Shown here: positions 1 through 12,640 of the stretch, piece by piece | Layout: each line of letters opens with the position of its first letter | How positions within the stretch are numbered: the first letter of the stretch is position 1 | The notes under the pieces: model-generated | The model's database searches: none | Told to the model about the DNA's origin: nothing | The model's input: the letters and a program-made list of their open reading frames with translations, nothing else | Source of the DNA: Squalus acanthias | Taxonomy: Eukaryota | Reading direction: 5' to 3' | NCBI GenBank assembly: GCA_030390025.1 | Contig: JASTWF010000357.1 | Location: 186,001-250,000 of the forward strand | DNA length: 64,000 nt | Translations under genes and position numbers: made by a program

Positions 1-1057
1 GTAGGGAACCCCCAGTACTGGAACTGTCCAATAGATCCCTGGTATTGGGGACTGTAAGGTGGATGGAGACAGTGACTCAGAGGATCACAGTCACAGGTGG
101 AGAGAGCCCCCAGTACTGGAACTGTCCAATAGATACCTGGTATTGGGGACTGTAAGGTGGATGGAGACAGTGACTCAGAGGATCACAGTCACAGGTGTAG
201 GGAACCCCCAGTACTGGAACTGTCCAATAGATGCCTGGTATTGAGGACTGTAAGGTGGATAGAGACAGTGACTCAGAGGATCGCAGTCACAGGTGTAGGG
301 AACCCACAGTACTGGAACTGTCCAATAGATCCCTGGTATTGGGCACTGTAAGGTGGATGGAGACAGTGACTCAGAGGATCACAGTCACAGGTGTAGGGAA
401 CCCCCAGTACTGGAACTGTCCAATAGATCCCTGGTATTGGGGACTGTAAGGTGGATAGAGACAGTGACTCAGAGGATCGCAGTCACAGGTGTAGGGAACC
501 CCCAGTACTGGAACTGTCCAATAGATACCTGGTATTGGGGACTGTAAGGTGGATAGAGACAGTGACTCAGAGGATCGCAGTCACAGGTGTAGGGAACCCC
601 CAGTACTGGAACTGTCCAATAGATCCCTGGTATTGGGGACTGTAAGGTGGATAGAGACAGTGACTCAGAGGATCACAGGTGCAGGGAACCCTCAGTACTG
701 GAACTGTCCAATAGATACCTGGTATTGGGGACTGTAAGGTGGATAGAGACAGTGACTCAGAGGATCACAGTCACAGGTGTAGGGAACCCTCAGTACTGGA
801 ACTGTCCAATAGATACCTGGTATTGGGGACTGTAAGGTGGATAGAGACAGTGACTCAGAGGATCGCAGTCACAGGTGTAGGGAACCCCCAGTACTGGAAC
901 TGTCCAATAGATACCTGGTATTGGGGACTGTAAGGTGGATGGAGACAGTGACTCAGAGGATCGCAGTCACCGGTGTAGGGAACCCCCAGTACTGGAACTG
1001 TCCAATAGATACCTGGTATTGGGGACTGTAAGGTGGATAGAGACAGTGACTCAGAGG
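1..1057. repeat. 98-bp minisatellite (~11 copies), derived from CR1 ORF1
   Basis: Unit gtagggaacccccagtactggaactgtccaataga...cagtcacaggt; translates to ELSNRYLVL and runs into IVVGDVIV (CR1 ORF1 esterase-like). Confidence 0.9.
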
Positions 1058-1205
1058 AGGGTCTTCCTGAGTAACAGTGTGACTCCAGGGAGCCAACCCG
1101 AGTGGGGCTGGGCTGAGAGGCAGGTGGGGCACTGGAAGAGCAGAACGATAGTGGTGGGAGATGTTATAGTCAGCGTAATGGACAGAGTTGCCTGCAGCCC
1201 TGAGC

Positions 1206-2368
1206 GAAGAGGATGTGAAGAGGCTTCAAGGGGATCTCGACAGGTTTAGTGAGTGGGCGAGAACATGGCAGATGGAATATAATGTGGATAAATGTGAAGT
1301 TCTCCACCTTGGTAGAAAAAACAGAAAGGCAGAGTATTTCCTCAATGGTGAAAGATTGGGGAATGCAGATGCTCAAAGGGATCTGGGTGGCCTTGTACAT
1401 GAGTCACTGAAAGTGAATGTGCAGGTGCAGCAAGCCATTAGGAAGGCAAATGGTATGCTGGCCTTCATTACAAGAGGATTTGAGTACAGGAGTAAAGAAG
1501 TCTTACTCCAATTATATAGGGCCTTGGTGAGACCACACCTGGAGTACTGTGTACAAGTTTGGTATCCTGACCTAAGGAAGGATATACTTGCCATATTGGG
1601 AGTGCAATGAAGGTTCACGAGATTGATTCCTGGGATGGCGGGACTGTTGTAGGAGAAGAGATTGAGTAAACTAGGCCTGTATTCTCTTGAATTCAGAAGA
1701 ATGAGAGGGGATCTCATTGAAGCATACAAAATTATTACAGGGCATAACCTGTATGTGCGGGTTAGGTTGATTTGGCTATGATAAATTGACCCTTAGTGTT
1801 AGGGGGGGATTAAATATGTGGGGTTATGGGGATAGGATGGGATATGTTAGGGGGAATTAAATACGTGGGGTTACGGGGTTAGGGTGGGATATGTGTACTG
1901 TGGGGATTAAAGCAGGGACAGGGTACTGGATTTGGATGATCAGCCATGATCGTATTGAATGGTGGAGCAGGCTCGACGGGCCGAATGGCCTACTCCTGCT
2001 CCTAGATTCTATGTTTCTATAACAGGGTGGATGCTGGGAGAATATTTCCCTTGGCTGGAGAGTCTAGAACCAGGGGCCACAGCCTCAAGATAAAGGGTAG
2101 GCCATTCAGGACTGAGATGAGAAGACATTTCTTCACAAGGAGGGTGGTGAATTTTTGGAATTCTCTACCCCAGAGGGCTGTGGAGGCTCAGTCATTGGGT
2201 ATATTCAAAACAAGTCGATATATTTCTGACTAGTAAGGGCATCAAGGGATATGGCGATAGGGCCAGTGAATGGAATTGAGGTAGAAGATCAGCCATGATC
2301 TCATTGAATGGCGGAGCAGGCTCAAAGGGCCGAATGGCCTACTCCTGCTCCTATTTCTTATGTTCCTA
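1206..2368 (+). mobile_element. 5'-truncated CR1 LINE (ORF2 C-terminus + 3' UTR)
   Basis: WQMEYNVDKCEVLHLG, LVRPHLEYCVQ, ESRTRGHSLK motifs; tail gaatggcctactcctgctcctatttcttatgttc; stop codons. Confidence 0.92.
1749..2018 (+). mobile_element. Truncated HE1/V-SINE-like SINE with CR1 tail, nested in CR1
   Basis: gtgcgggttaggttgatttggctatgataaattgacccttagtgt core plus CR1 3' tail; ataac at both ends; host CR1 resumes after it. Confidence 0.65.
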
Positions 2369-3164
2369 TGAGCAGGTCCCGAATGGTAAGATGCCCCTCT
2401 GGTGCCAGAGAGAAGAACATCCAGGAACAGTGGCACCATCTATGGGAAGGAAAGGAGAGCAGAAAATAGCCATGGTCGGTACCAGCAACACCGATTGAAA
2501 CACGTTTATAGAAGGAATATTAAGACTAAGGCTCTAGACCAAAAAACAAGGCCTCAAGGTGGTGATCTCCGGATTGTTTTGCACTGAGCCACTTATGGAG
2601 GGAATTATGAGGCAGGTCAATGTGCGGCTGCAGGGCTGGAGCAGGAGGGAAGGGTTCACGTTCTTGAGGCAGTAGGTTTGAGTTCAGGGAGAAGGGAAGG
2701 GACGGCCGTGATCTGTACCGACCAACAACAATGGTTTTACACAAAAGGTGAATGGAGCAGTGGACGTGTATCAGCGGATATGAATGGAGGGTGAGAAATA
2801 TCCGGTTCTGAGATGAGAGAGCGTGATTAAATAGATTTATGAAAAAGTGATACGTTATTAGCAGAAAAAAATAAAGCGGTATTGCAGTCGTGAGAGCTGG
2901 TCACTTGGTTTAAGATAAAAACAAAAACGGTTCCATGTTCCAAAAAATTGGATTTGGCATCGAGTGTTATGTAAGTAGCACAATTACTAGAGGCAACATC
3001 AGGAAACATGTAAACTGGAATGCACTGCCTGAAAGTGGTGGAAGCAGATTCAATAATAACTTTCAAAAGGTAATTGGGTAAATACTTAAGGGAAAAAATA
3101 CAGGGCTGTGGGGAAAGAGCAGGGGAGTGGGGTTAATTAAAGGGTTCTATGACCATGCTAGAAC

Positions 3165-3350
3165 AACAATAAACCTGCATTTATATAGTGCCTTTAACGT
3201 AGTAAAACTTCCCACGGTGCTTCACAGGACTGTTCTCAAACAAAATTTGACACAAAGCCGCATAAAGCGATATTAGGACAGGTGACAAAAAGCTTGGTCA
3301 AAGAGGTAGGTTTTAAGGCGTGTCTTAAAGGAGGAGGGAGGCGGAGCGGT
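3165..3350 (-). mobile_element. L2 LINE 3' end fragment
   Basis: Reverse complement ends aaaggcactatataaatgcagg, the L2/Deu-SINE tail. Confidence 0.6.
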
Positions 3351-4065
3351 TTAGAACATAATGTTACAGAGAGCTATGTTAAGATAGAATCCATTTGTCC
3401 ACACGTCAGCAATAGGAAGGGAAACAGCACAATTCTCGGTGGGTTTTGCAGGCCAGCAAGCAGTGGAGGTGAGGTAGAGGGGGTACTGGAGAAACTAGTT
3501 TTGGAGGATGACGTTTTGGGAGATGGAAACTATTTAGTTTCTAAAAATGATGGTGGAAGTGAAAATGTTGGTGTACTAGAGGAGGATGTGCGACCATATT
3601 TAGAGATAACTGTAGAGAAGGATTTGGATCTTGGTTCAATAGCCTAGGTGGATAAGTCACTGAGCCCAGAGATAATGCACCCCAGCCTATTAAAGGAAGT
3701 CAGAGGAGATAGGAGGGACTCTGAACATAATTTTTCAATCCTCGTTTTGATATCAAAATACACAGTTGGCCTGAAGGAGCCCAGACAATGTCTCTGTTAA
3801 AATAGGGAGCGAGGATCAACAGGGGTTGCTGAGGCGAGGCTGGAACGGATTATCTGTAGACGAGTCGTATTTGACAAATTTGATACAGCTTTGTTGAGAC
3901 GTGACAATATAGTTGGATGAAATGTCACGTTTGCGGTGTATATGGGTTTTCAGGTGTTGGACAATGTGGTTCACAGGAGGCTTCAGCTGTTTGGTGTTAG
4001 AGGAAATAATGTAGCCCGGATGGAAAGTGGATAATGTGTTTAGTTTTCTCCATTTGTGTTCACAG

Positions 4066-4232
4066 ATCCGAACTCTACAATCACTGAGTTCTTGGCAGAG
4101 TGCAACGATTACCAGCTGTTCCAGTTGACGAAACTCTACCGGGACAGACTGGAACAGGCGATTGAAGGAGGGGTGGACAGAGTCAGCTTGTTGTTAACAT
4201 ACGAGAGGCATTTCAGTGGACAAGAACATCGG
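4066..4232 (+). CDS. NLR gene, first visible exon (death-fold/CARD-like, part 1)
   Basis: cacag|ATCCG...CATCGG|gtgagt; DPNSTITEFLAECNDYQLFQLTKLYRDRLEQAIEGG...; phase 1-0; start exon not found. Confidence 0.85.
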
Positions 4233-5154
4233 GTGAGTGGGAGGGACACAGAATGAGTTTGGATTATTTAAACATCACAGAACTGACAGGAAATCAGATC
4301 TTAGAATCATAGAATGTTGCAGAAGAGAAACAGGCCAAATAGGAAAGAAATAGATAAAACTGAGAATATTGTGAATCTGGAGCAATGGCCTCGCCCCTCC
4401 CTTTCTCTGTAACCTCCTGCAGCCCTACAACAGTCCCACAACTCCAGAATTCTCTGTTCTTCTGACTCTGGCCTCTTGTGCACGCCCTCACCCTACTAGT
4501 GGTGACGGAGCATTTAGTTGCCTTAGACCCCACGCTCTGGAATTCATTCGCTGGACCCATCCGTCTCTCCACCTTCATCTCCTCCTTCAAAACTTAGCAT
4601 ATTCATCTAGCTGTTGCTCACCCCACTAATCTCTACTCCTGTCTCTTTAATTCATTCCTGGGACATGGGTGTCGCTGGCAAGGCCAACATCTATTGTCCA
4701 TCCCTATTTGCCTTTGGGAAGGTGATGCTGAACTTCCTCTTGAACCGCTGCATTCTGTGTTGTAAAGGTACTCCCACAGTGCTGTTAGGTAGGCAGTTCC
4801 AGGATTTTGACCCAGCAATGATGAAGGAACGGTGATGTATGTTGAAGTCAGGATTGTGTGTGACTTGGAGGGGAATTTGGAGGTGGTGATGTTCCCATAT
4901 GCCTGCTAAAATTGTTCTCCTAGGTGGTGGTGGTCATGAGTTTGGGGGATGCTGTCGAAGAATCCTTAGTGAACTGCTGCAGTGCATTCTGTAGATCAGG
5001 GGTTCTCGATCTTTTTTGCTTCCGAGGCCCCCCTCCCATGTTATAAAAATTCCACGGGCCCCCTGTAACACAAGTGTTTTTACTGGATAAAAATTTGTTG
5101 TTAATAGCTCTATTACACCTTGCGTAAAGAAGGATTATTAACTCCTAAATTTAC

Positions 5155-5273
5155 ATCAGCAAAATACTGCGGATGCTGGACATACTCAGCCGGTCAGGAA
5201 GCATCAGTGGAGAGAGAAACAGAATTAACGTTTCAGGTCTGACGAAAGGTCTTTGACCTGAAATATTAACTCT
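5155..5273. mobile_element. Penelope pLTR fragment with inverted arms and hammerhead core
   Basis: Same motif as the ends of Penelope copies at 16430 and 57700; CTGACGA-aggtc/gacct-GAAA at 5239-5263. Confidence 0.7.
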
Positions 5274-6288
5274 TATTTCGATACCAAATTTCAACACGGC
5301 GATGAAAGTCAGCGACTTGAATTAACAGCACCATTAATGGCAGAGGCAGATGGCACATGAGAGAAATGGGGAAATAAACAGGGCCTTGAGCGACTTTACC
5401 CCCACCCCCCTGACCTTATCGCCATTAATCCTTTAGTGACAAAGCCAGCTCCCCTCTTTCCTCCTCCCCAAACCTTTCACAAGTAGCCAGCGGTATCTCA
5501 AAGGACATGAGTGCCCAGACTAGGCCGATCTTTCAGTCAGAGAAGCACATAGCCATGATTATAACGCTCCTAGTCTGATGTACGAGGAAAATGGTGATAA
5601 CGTCGTCAGCTGTTTTATTAACTCAGACTGAAGACATTGAAAGAGAGTCACTCTGAGCCCCTATTATTACGGCCTTGCTGCAGGCCCAGAGACTGGAAAC
5701 TCTTTCTTCACCCTTCCAGGCAAGTGGAGAGTATTCTATTACACGCCTGAGCTGTGCCTTGTACGTGTTGGAGAGGCTTTGGGGAGTCGGGAGGTGAGCC
5801 ACTCCCCACAGAATACCCAGCTTCTCACCTGCTCTTGTAGCCACGGCATTTATGTGGCTGGTCCAGTTAAGTTTCTGATCAATGGTAACCCCAGGATGTT
5901 AATGGTGGCAGAGGGGGGAGGGGATCAGTGATGGTAGGGCCATTGATTTACAAAGGGAGGTGCTGAGACTCGTGTTGGAGAAAGCCATTGCCTGCCACTT
6001 GTTTGGCACGAATGTTAGCACTTGTCAGACCTAGCCTGGATGTTGTCAACATCTTGCTGCAGGCATGGACTGCTTCATTATCTGAGGATTTGTGAATGGA
6101 GCCGAACTGTGCAATCATCAGGGAACAGCCGCTTTTCTGACCTTACGGTGGAGGGCAGGTCATTGATGAAGCAGCTGAAGATAGTTGGGCCCAAGACACT
6201 GACCTGAGGAACTCCTGCAGTGATGTCCTGGGGCTGCGATGATTGGCCTCCAATGTCCACAACCATCTTCCTTTGTACTGGTTATTAC

Positions 6289-6444
6289 CAGTGTCCCCTG
6301 TAAGGCACGCGGGTGCGCAGTGTTCCAGGGAACCCGCGCACCCGGCATTTCAGTGTAAAAACCGCGCATGCCCGGTATTTTGAATGGCCCGCGCAGCGCC
6401 TTAAAGGGGCCGTGCAGGCCCAAAAAAAATTACAGGGAACATAG
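6289..6444. mobile_element. hAT-like MITE (156 bp) inserted in a LINE
   Basis: TIRs cagtgtcccctgtaa / ttacagggaacatag; imperfect 8-bp TSD gttattac / ggtatgac. Confidence 0.7.
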
Positions 6445-8443
6445 GGTATGACACCAGCCAGTGGAGAGTTTTCCACCTGATTCCCATTGACTTCAGTTTT
6501 AATAGGACTTCTTGATGCCACACTCTGTCAAATGCTGCCTTGATCTCAATGGCAGTCACTCTCACCTCACCTCTGGAATTCCGCTCTTTTGTCCATGTTT
6601 GGACCAAGGCTGTAATAAGGACTGGAGCCGAGTGGTCCTGGTGGAACCCAAACTGGGCATGAGTGAGCAGGTTATTGGTGAGCAAGTGCCTCTTGATAGT
6701 ACTGTCGCCGACACCTTCCATCACTTTGCTGATGATTGAGAGTAGACTGATTGGGCGGTAATTGGCCGGGTTGGATTTGTCCTGCTTTTTGTGGATGGGA
6801 CGTACCTGGGCAATTTTCTGCATTATCAGGTAGATGCCAGTGTTGTAGCTGTACTGGAACAGCTTGGCTAGAGGCGCGGCTAGTTCTGGAGCACAAGTCT
6901 TCAGCACGATAGCCGGGATGTTGTCGGGCTCATAGCCTTTGCTGTGTTCAGTGCACTCAGCCGTTTCCTGATCACGTAGAGTGGATCGAATCGTTTGGTA
7001 ACACTTGGTTAAAGTCTCCCACCCCCACCTAGAGTACGTTCTGTGCCCTTACTACCCTCCGTGCTTCCTCCAAGAGTTGATCAACATGGAGGAGCACTGA
7101 TTCATCGGCTGAGGGAGGGTGCTAGGCGGTAATCAGCAGGAGGTTTCCTTGCCCACGTTTGACCTGAAGCCATGAGACTTCAATGTTGAGGACTCTCGGG
7201 GTCACTCTCCAGTGGGTTAGGACACACCCAGGGATGCTGATGGAGGAGTCTTGAGGGATCTTGGTGAATAAATATGATTTTGTAAGTATAACTGCGTCAC
7301 ACATTTACTTGACTAATGTGTGGTCCACCTCTCCCCACTTTGGTACTAGCCCCAGATGTTAGTGAGTACTGGTCCGGGTGTTCCTTCGTTGTGTCTGAAT
7401 CTGATGCCGAAGCCGAGTGCGCAGCGGGTTTTATTCTTCTATATCCTTCTTTATAGTGGCATGCTAGGCCATTTCAGTGGCCACCATATTGGTAAAGGAC
7501 TAGAGTCACTCATGGACCAGACCGAAAGGTCATCAGGTTTTACCACAGTCTTTTTTTACTGATAACAGCTTTTTATTTCCAAATGTTGCCGATACAGATT
7601 CACAAACCGCCACAGTGAGATTTGAACTCTTGTCTCTGGATTACTGGTCCAGTAACATAACCAGCACACTGCCGCACTTGACCTCCATTGTCTGATTGTG
7701 CCTCTGTGTGAAGGGATTTCTGACATTTTTCTACATTAAAGGCGCTATATAAATGTAAGCTTTGATGATGAATGTCCTGACTACACGAGCCCCATTGCTG
7801 GATATGTGCTCCCAGTTACCGAGGGTTCGGACTGGCAGCGGGTGTGAAATAATGGGTGTCAGACATTTCAATTACTGAGGGGAAAAGTGATTGGACTTTT
7901 CAACGTTCTTATTATTGGTCGATTCTCTTGACCGATAAATCACCAGCGGTTGTTTCAATTACTCGGTGTAATTTCTCAGACAGTTTTCCCTCACTTAAGA
8001 ATCATCCCTTACCTGCCATTTCTGTTCAGATTCGCTGCTGTGTTTACTTCTCATTAAATCAAAGTGTGACAGCAGGAAGTAAGTGAGAGAAACACGTGCA
8101 TCATACTGTCTATCAGTAATCTGATGTCATGTTGGACACTGCAGGACAGAGAAAACTAATCCCATTAAACCTACTGCAGATTGTCAGTGATTCCTCACTC
8201 TCCGAGACAATATTTCTGATTTTCTATTTTAGTTTCATCCGATTTAATTGCCGTTAATGAGTGAATCAAGATGTTCACAGAATATTCAGCCCCTGTTCAG
8301 AATGGATCAGTACCCGGCCCAGTGATTACTTTCTGTGCTCAAAACAACTGGGAGATCCCATCACTGTGCAGATCCTTTCCTTCTCATTCTCAGTGCGTGT
8401 CTTTCACTCCGCTCCTCAATATATTCATTACTATTCTTTACAG

Positions 8444-8615
8444 AAAGTCACTGAGCTCGCGGAGAAGGGAAACCGGGCGGACAGTTCCAAACTTCTCCTG
8501 AATCTGGTGATGGAGAAAGGCTCTCGGGCCCGAAGGGTGATGTGGGAATCCTTTGTGAAAATGCGCCACAGGTTAGCAAAGTTGGACAAAATACTGAAAG
8601 AAATACAGAAACATG
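8444..8615 (+). CDS. NLR exon (death-fold/CARD-like, part 2)
   Basis: tttacag|AAAGTC...CATG|gtacgg; KVTELAEKGNRADSSKLLLNLVMEKGSRARRVMWESFVKM...; phase 0-1. Confidence 0.88.
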
Positions 8616-8720
8616 GTACGGTAAAATCACCCACTGAATTCAAATTCAGATTCAAACACTGCAGAATTTATTATAATATTACACAGATCTGATTTCATGA
8701 AAGCTAATTGATTTAAACAG

Positions 8721-8786
8721 ATTCTGGTACATTTGATTACATGAACATGGCACGAGGTTTATCCAAAGTACCCAGGCACCTGAAAG
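8721..8786 (+). CDS. NLR linker exon
   Basis: aaacag|ATTCT...GAAAG|gtaagt; DSGTFDYMNMARGLSKVPRHLK; phase 1-1 keeps frame. Confidence 0.8.
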
Positions 8787-9045
8787 GTAAGTGATGACAT
8801 GGAGATTTCAAACCGTTTATTTCACTCATGAGAATCAGAATGTTTGACTGTAGCCGTTTGTTTAGAGATTGTCAAAATCTGGGAATCAGAATTTCAAAGG
8901 CTGGGAAACAGTAAAAAAGTTTATTTGGATTTGTCAATTTTCAAGTATTCTGCATAAATTGCAGTTAATATTTGCTCAGATTTCTGAATTATTTGTAGAT
9001 TTTTTGTTACTCCAGTTAATCCAGGTGCAGATCGCTGTCAGTGCT

Positions 9046-9968
9046 GAAACCCCATACACACCTGGCAGGATCCTGATACACTGTGAAACCCCATACACAC
9101 CTGGCAGGATCCTGATACACTGTGAAACCCCATACACACCTGGCAGGATCCTGATACACTGTGAAACCCCATACACACCTGGCAGGATCCTGATACACTG
9201 TGAAACCCCATACACACCTGGCAGGATCCTGATACACTGTGAAACCCCATACACACCTGGCAGGATCCTGATACACTGTGAAACCCCATACACACCTGGC
9301 AGGATCCTGATACACTGTGAAACCCCATACACACCTGGCAGGATCCTGATACACTGTGAAACCCCATACACACCTGGCAGGATCCTGATACACTGTGAAA
9401 CCCCATACACACCTGGCAGGATCCTGATACACTGTGAAACCCCATACACACCTGGCAGGATCCTGATACACTGTGAAACCCCATACACACCTGGCAGGAT
9501 CCTGATACACTGTGAAACCCCATACACACCTGGCAGGATCCTGATACACTGTGAAACCCCATACACACCTGGCAGGATCCTGATACACTGTGAAACCCCA
9601 TACACACCTGGCAGGATCCTGATACACTGTGAAACCCCATACACACCTGGCAGGATCCTGATACACTGTGAAACCCCATACACACCTGGCAGGATCCTGA
9701 TACACTGTGAAACCCCATACACACCTGGCAGGATCCTGATACACTGTGAAACCCCATACACACCTGGCAGGATCCTGATACATTGTGAAACCCCATACAC
9801 ACCTGGCAGGATCCTGATACACTGTGAAACCCCATACACACCTGGCAGGATCCTGATACACTGTGAAACCCCATACACACCTGGCAGGATCCTGATACAC
9901 TGTGAAACCCCATACACACCTGGCAGGATCCTGATACACTGTGAAACCCTATACACACCTGGCAGGAT
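9046..9968. repeat. 39-bp near-perfect minisatellite (~23.5 copies), intronic
   Basis: Unit gaaaccccatacacacctggcaggatcctgatacactgt. Confidence 0.97.
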
Positions 9969-9974
9969 TTTTTT

Positions 9975-10175
9975 TTAAATTCCTGGGATGTGAGCGTTGC
10001 TGCAAGGCCAACATTTATTGCCCGTGCATAATTGCCCTTGAGAAGGTGATGGTGAGCTGCTTTCTTGAACCGCAGCAGTCCGTGTGTTGAAGGTACTCCC
10101 ATAATGCTGTTTGGTAGGGAGTTGCAGGATTGTGACCCAGCGACGATGAAGGAACGGCGATATATTTCCAGTTCC
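9975..10175 (-). mobile_element. 3' end of the CR1/L2-group LINE family seen at 4645 and 51800
   Basis: Matches 4645-4850 and the reverse complement of 51630-51815. Confidence 0.75.
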
Positions 10176-10371
10176 ATTGTCGTGTCAGAAGCCGAGGTCG
10201 ATGCCGGATGATCTGTCTGGTTTTATTCTGAAGTCTCCTCTTCCAAACAAAACAAATCCAGCGCCCGCACCCTTTCCTCTGCCTTAATTCCTGACACACG
10301 TGATCATCTTATTCCTCTGTGTTTTCCTCATTGCAATAACATTCTTGCTGTGATTAGCTGTGCAGATGTGC

Positions 10372-12200
10372 AGATAATACCTGCCCGTGACCTGACACAC
10401 TATCGGTGGAACTTCTGTACATTCACAGTCTGTCCCTCTCCCAGTGCCCACACTACCCCAGATAACCTGCCCAGGACCTGACACACTATCGGTGGAACTT
10501 CTGTACATTCACAGTCTGTCCCTCTCCCAGTGCCCACACTACCCCAGATAACCTGCCCAGGACCTGACACACTATCGGTGGAACTTCTGTCCATTCACAG
10601 TCTGTCCCTCTCCCAGTGCCCACACTACCCCAGATAACCTGCCCAGGACCTGACACACTAACGGTGGAACTTCTGTACATTCACAGTCTGTCCCTCTCCC
10701 AGTGCCCACACTACCCCAGATAACCTGCCCAGGACCTGACACACTATCGGTGGAACTTCTGTACATTCACAGTCTGTCCCTCTCCCAGTGCCCAAACTAC
10801 CCCAGATAACCTGCCCAGGACCTGACACACTAACGGTGGAACTTCTGTACATTCACAGTCTGTCCCTCTCCCAGTGCCCACACACTAACCCAGATAACCT
10901 GCCCAGGACCTGACACACTAACGGTGGAACTTCTGTCCATTCACAGTCTGTCCCACTCCCAGTGCCCACACTACCCCAGATAACCTGCCCAGGACCTGAC
11001 ACACTATCGGTGGAACTTCTGTACATTCACAGTCTGTCCCACTCCCAGTGCCCAAACTACCCCAGATAACCTGCCCAGGACCTGACACACTATCGGTGGA
11101 ACTTCTGTACATTCACAGTCTGTCCCTCTCCCAGTGCCCACACACTACCCCAGATAACCTGCCCAGGACCTGACACACTATCGGTGGAACTTCTGTACAT
11201 TCACAGTCTGTCTCTCTCCCAGTGCCCACACTACCCCAGATAACCTGCCCAGGACCTGACACACTAACGGTGGAACTTCTGTACATTCACAGTCTGTCCC
11301 TCTCCCAGTGCCCACACACTAACCCAGATAACCTGCCCAGGACCTGACACACTATCGGTGGAACTTCTGTACATTCACAGTCTGTCCCTCTCCCAGTGCC
11401 CACACTACCCCAGATAACCTGCCCAGGACCTGACACACTAACGGTGGAACTTCTGTCCATTCACAGTCTGTCCCACTCCCAGTGCCCACACTACCCCAGA
11501 TAACCTGCCCAGGACCTGACACACTAACGGTGGAACTTCTGTACATTCACAGTCTGTCCCTCTCCCAGTGCCCACACTACCCCAGATAACCTGCCCAGGA
11601 CCTGACACACTATCGGTGGAACTTCTGTACATTCACAGTCTGTCCCTCTCCCAGTGCCCACACACTACCCCAGATAACCTGCCCAGGACCTGACACACTA
11701 ACGGTGGAACTTCTGTACATTCACAGTCTGTCCCTCTCCCAGTGCCCACACACTAACCCAGATAACCTGCCCCGGACCTGACACACTAACGGTGGAACTT
11801 CTGTCCATTCACAGTCTGTCCCTCTCCCAGTGCCCACACACTACCCCAGATAACCTGCCCAGGACCTGACACACTAACGGTGGAACTTCTGTACATTCAC
11901 AGTCTGTCCCTCTCCCAGTGCCCACACACTAACCCAGATAACCTGCCCAGGACCTGACACACTATCGGTGGAACTTCTGTACATTCACAGTCTGTCCCTC
12001 TCCCAGTGCCCAAACTACCCCAGATAACCTGCCCAGGACCTGACACACTAACGGTGGAACTTCTGTCCATTCACAGTCTGTCCCTCTCCCAGTGCCCACA
12101 CTAACCCAGATAACCTGCCCAGGACCTGACACACTAACGGTGGAACTTCTGTCCATTCACAGTCTGTCCCTCTCCCAGTGCCCACACTAACTCAGAAAAC
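10372..12200. repeat. 86/88-bp minisatellite (~21 copies), intronic
   Basis: Unit cagataacctgcccaggacctgacacacta(t/a)cggtggaacttctgt...cccacactacccc. Confidence 0.97.
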
Positions 12201-12640
12201 ATGCTCAAGGCCTGATAAAAGTAACAGTGGATCTTCTGCACATTGTCCCGCTCGGTGAGCAACCAATCCCGTTTCCGATGGATTCACAGATTGATCCACT
12301 AGAACCTCTACTGTCGTATAATCAGGATCATATGTGGATTTATAATGAGATGTCTATAGCACAGGGCAGGCTGGATAGTATTAACCATCAGAGGAAAATA
12401 TCACCTTCATAGAAATCTCTCTGTTCATTGAATATTAGAATCAAGTGAGGAATTGAATGTTTTCTCTCATTGTTCACTTTCAAGCGAGGTTTCCATTAAC
12501 TTGAGTTTTAATTTCTACACACACCTCTATTGAAACTGAGTTAATTCTTGCAATATTTTACTGAATACTAAAGTGGCGTTGAAGTTTTTATGTCCATGCA
12601 ACTAATGTTGACAACCATTTTCTGTCTGTTTCAATTGAAG

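Larger units (their letters stand above)
1058..2760 (+). mobile_element. Old CR1 ORF1 (GDSL esterase-like) relic, split by a younger CR1
   Basis: IVVGDVIVSVMDRVAC before 1205 continues as SRMVRCPSGAREKNI after 2373; tgagc present at both junctions. Confidence 0.65.
4645..7440 (-). mobile_element. Fragmented CR1/L2-group LINE (family distinct from the main CR1)
   Basis: LKTCAPELAAPLAKLF, NPANYRPISLLS, AFDRVWH, GVPQVSVLGPTIF motifs; 3' end at ~4645; interrupted by other repeats. Confidence 0.8.

Noticed and set aside
4997..5065. hAT-Charlie-like terminus caggggttctc
   Set aside because: No partner TIR or TSD located
9046..9968. CRISPR array or repetitive protein (300-380 aa ORFs on both strands)
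   Set aside because: No unique spacers, no cas genes, eukaryotic intron; ORFs arise because the 39-bp unit is a multiple of 3
9046..9968. RAG recombination signals (CACAGTG on the minus strand of each monomer)
   Set aside because: No ACAAAAACC-like nonamer at 12- or 23-bp spacing
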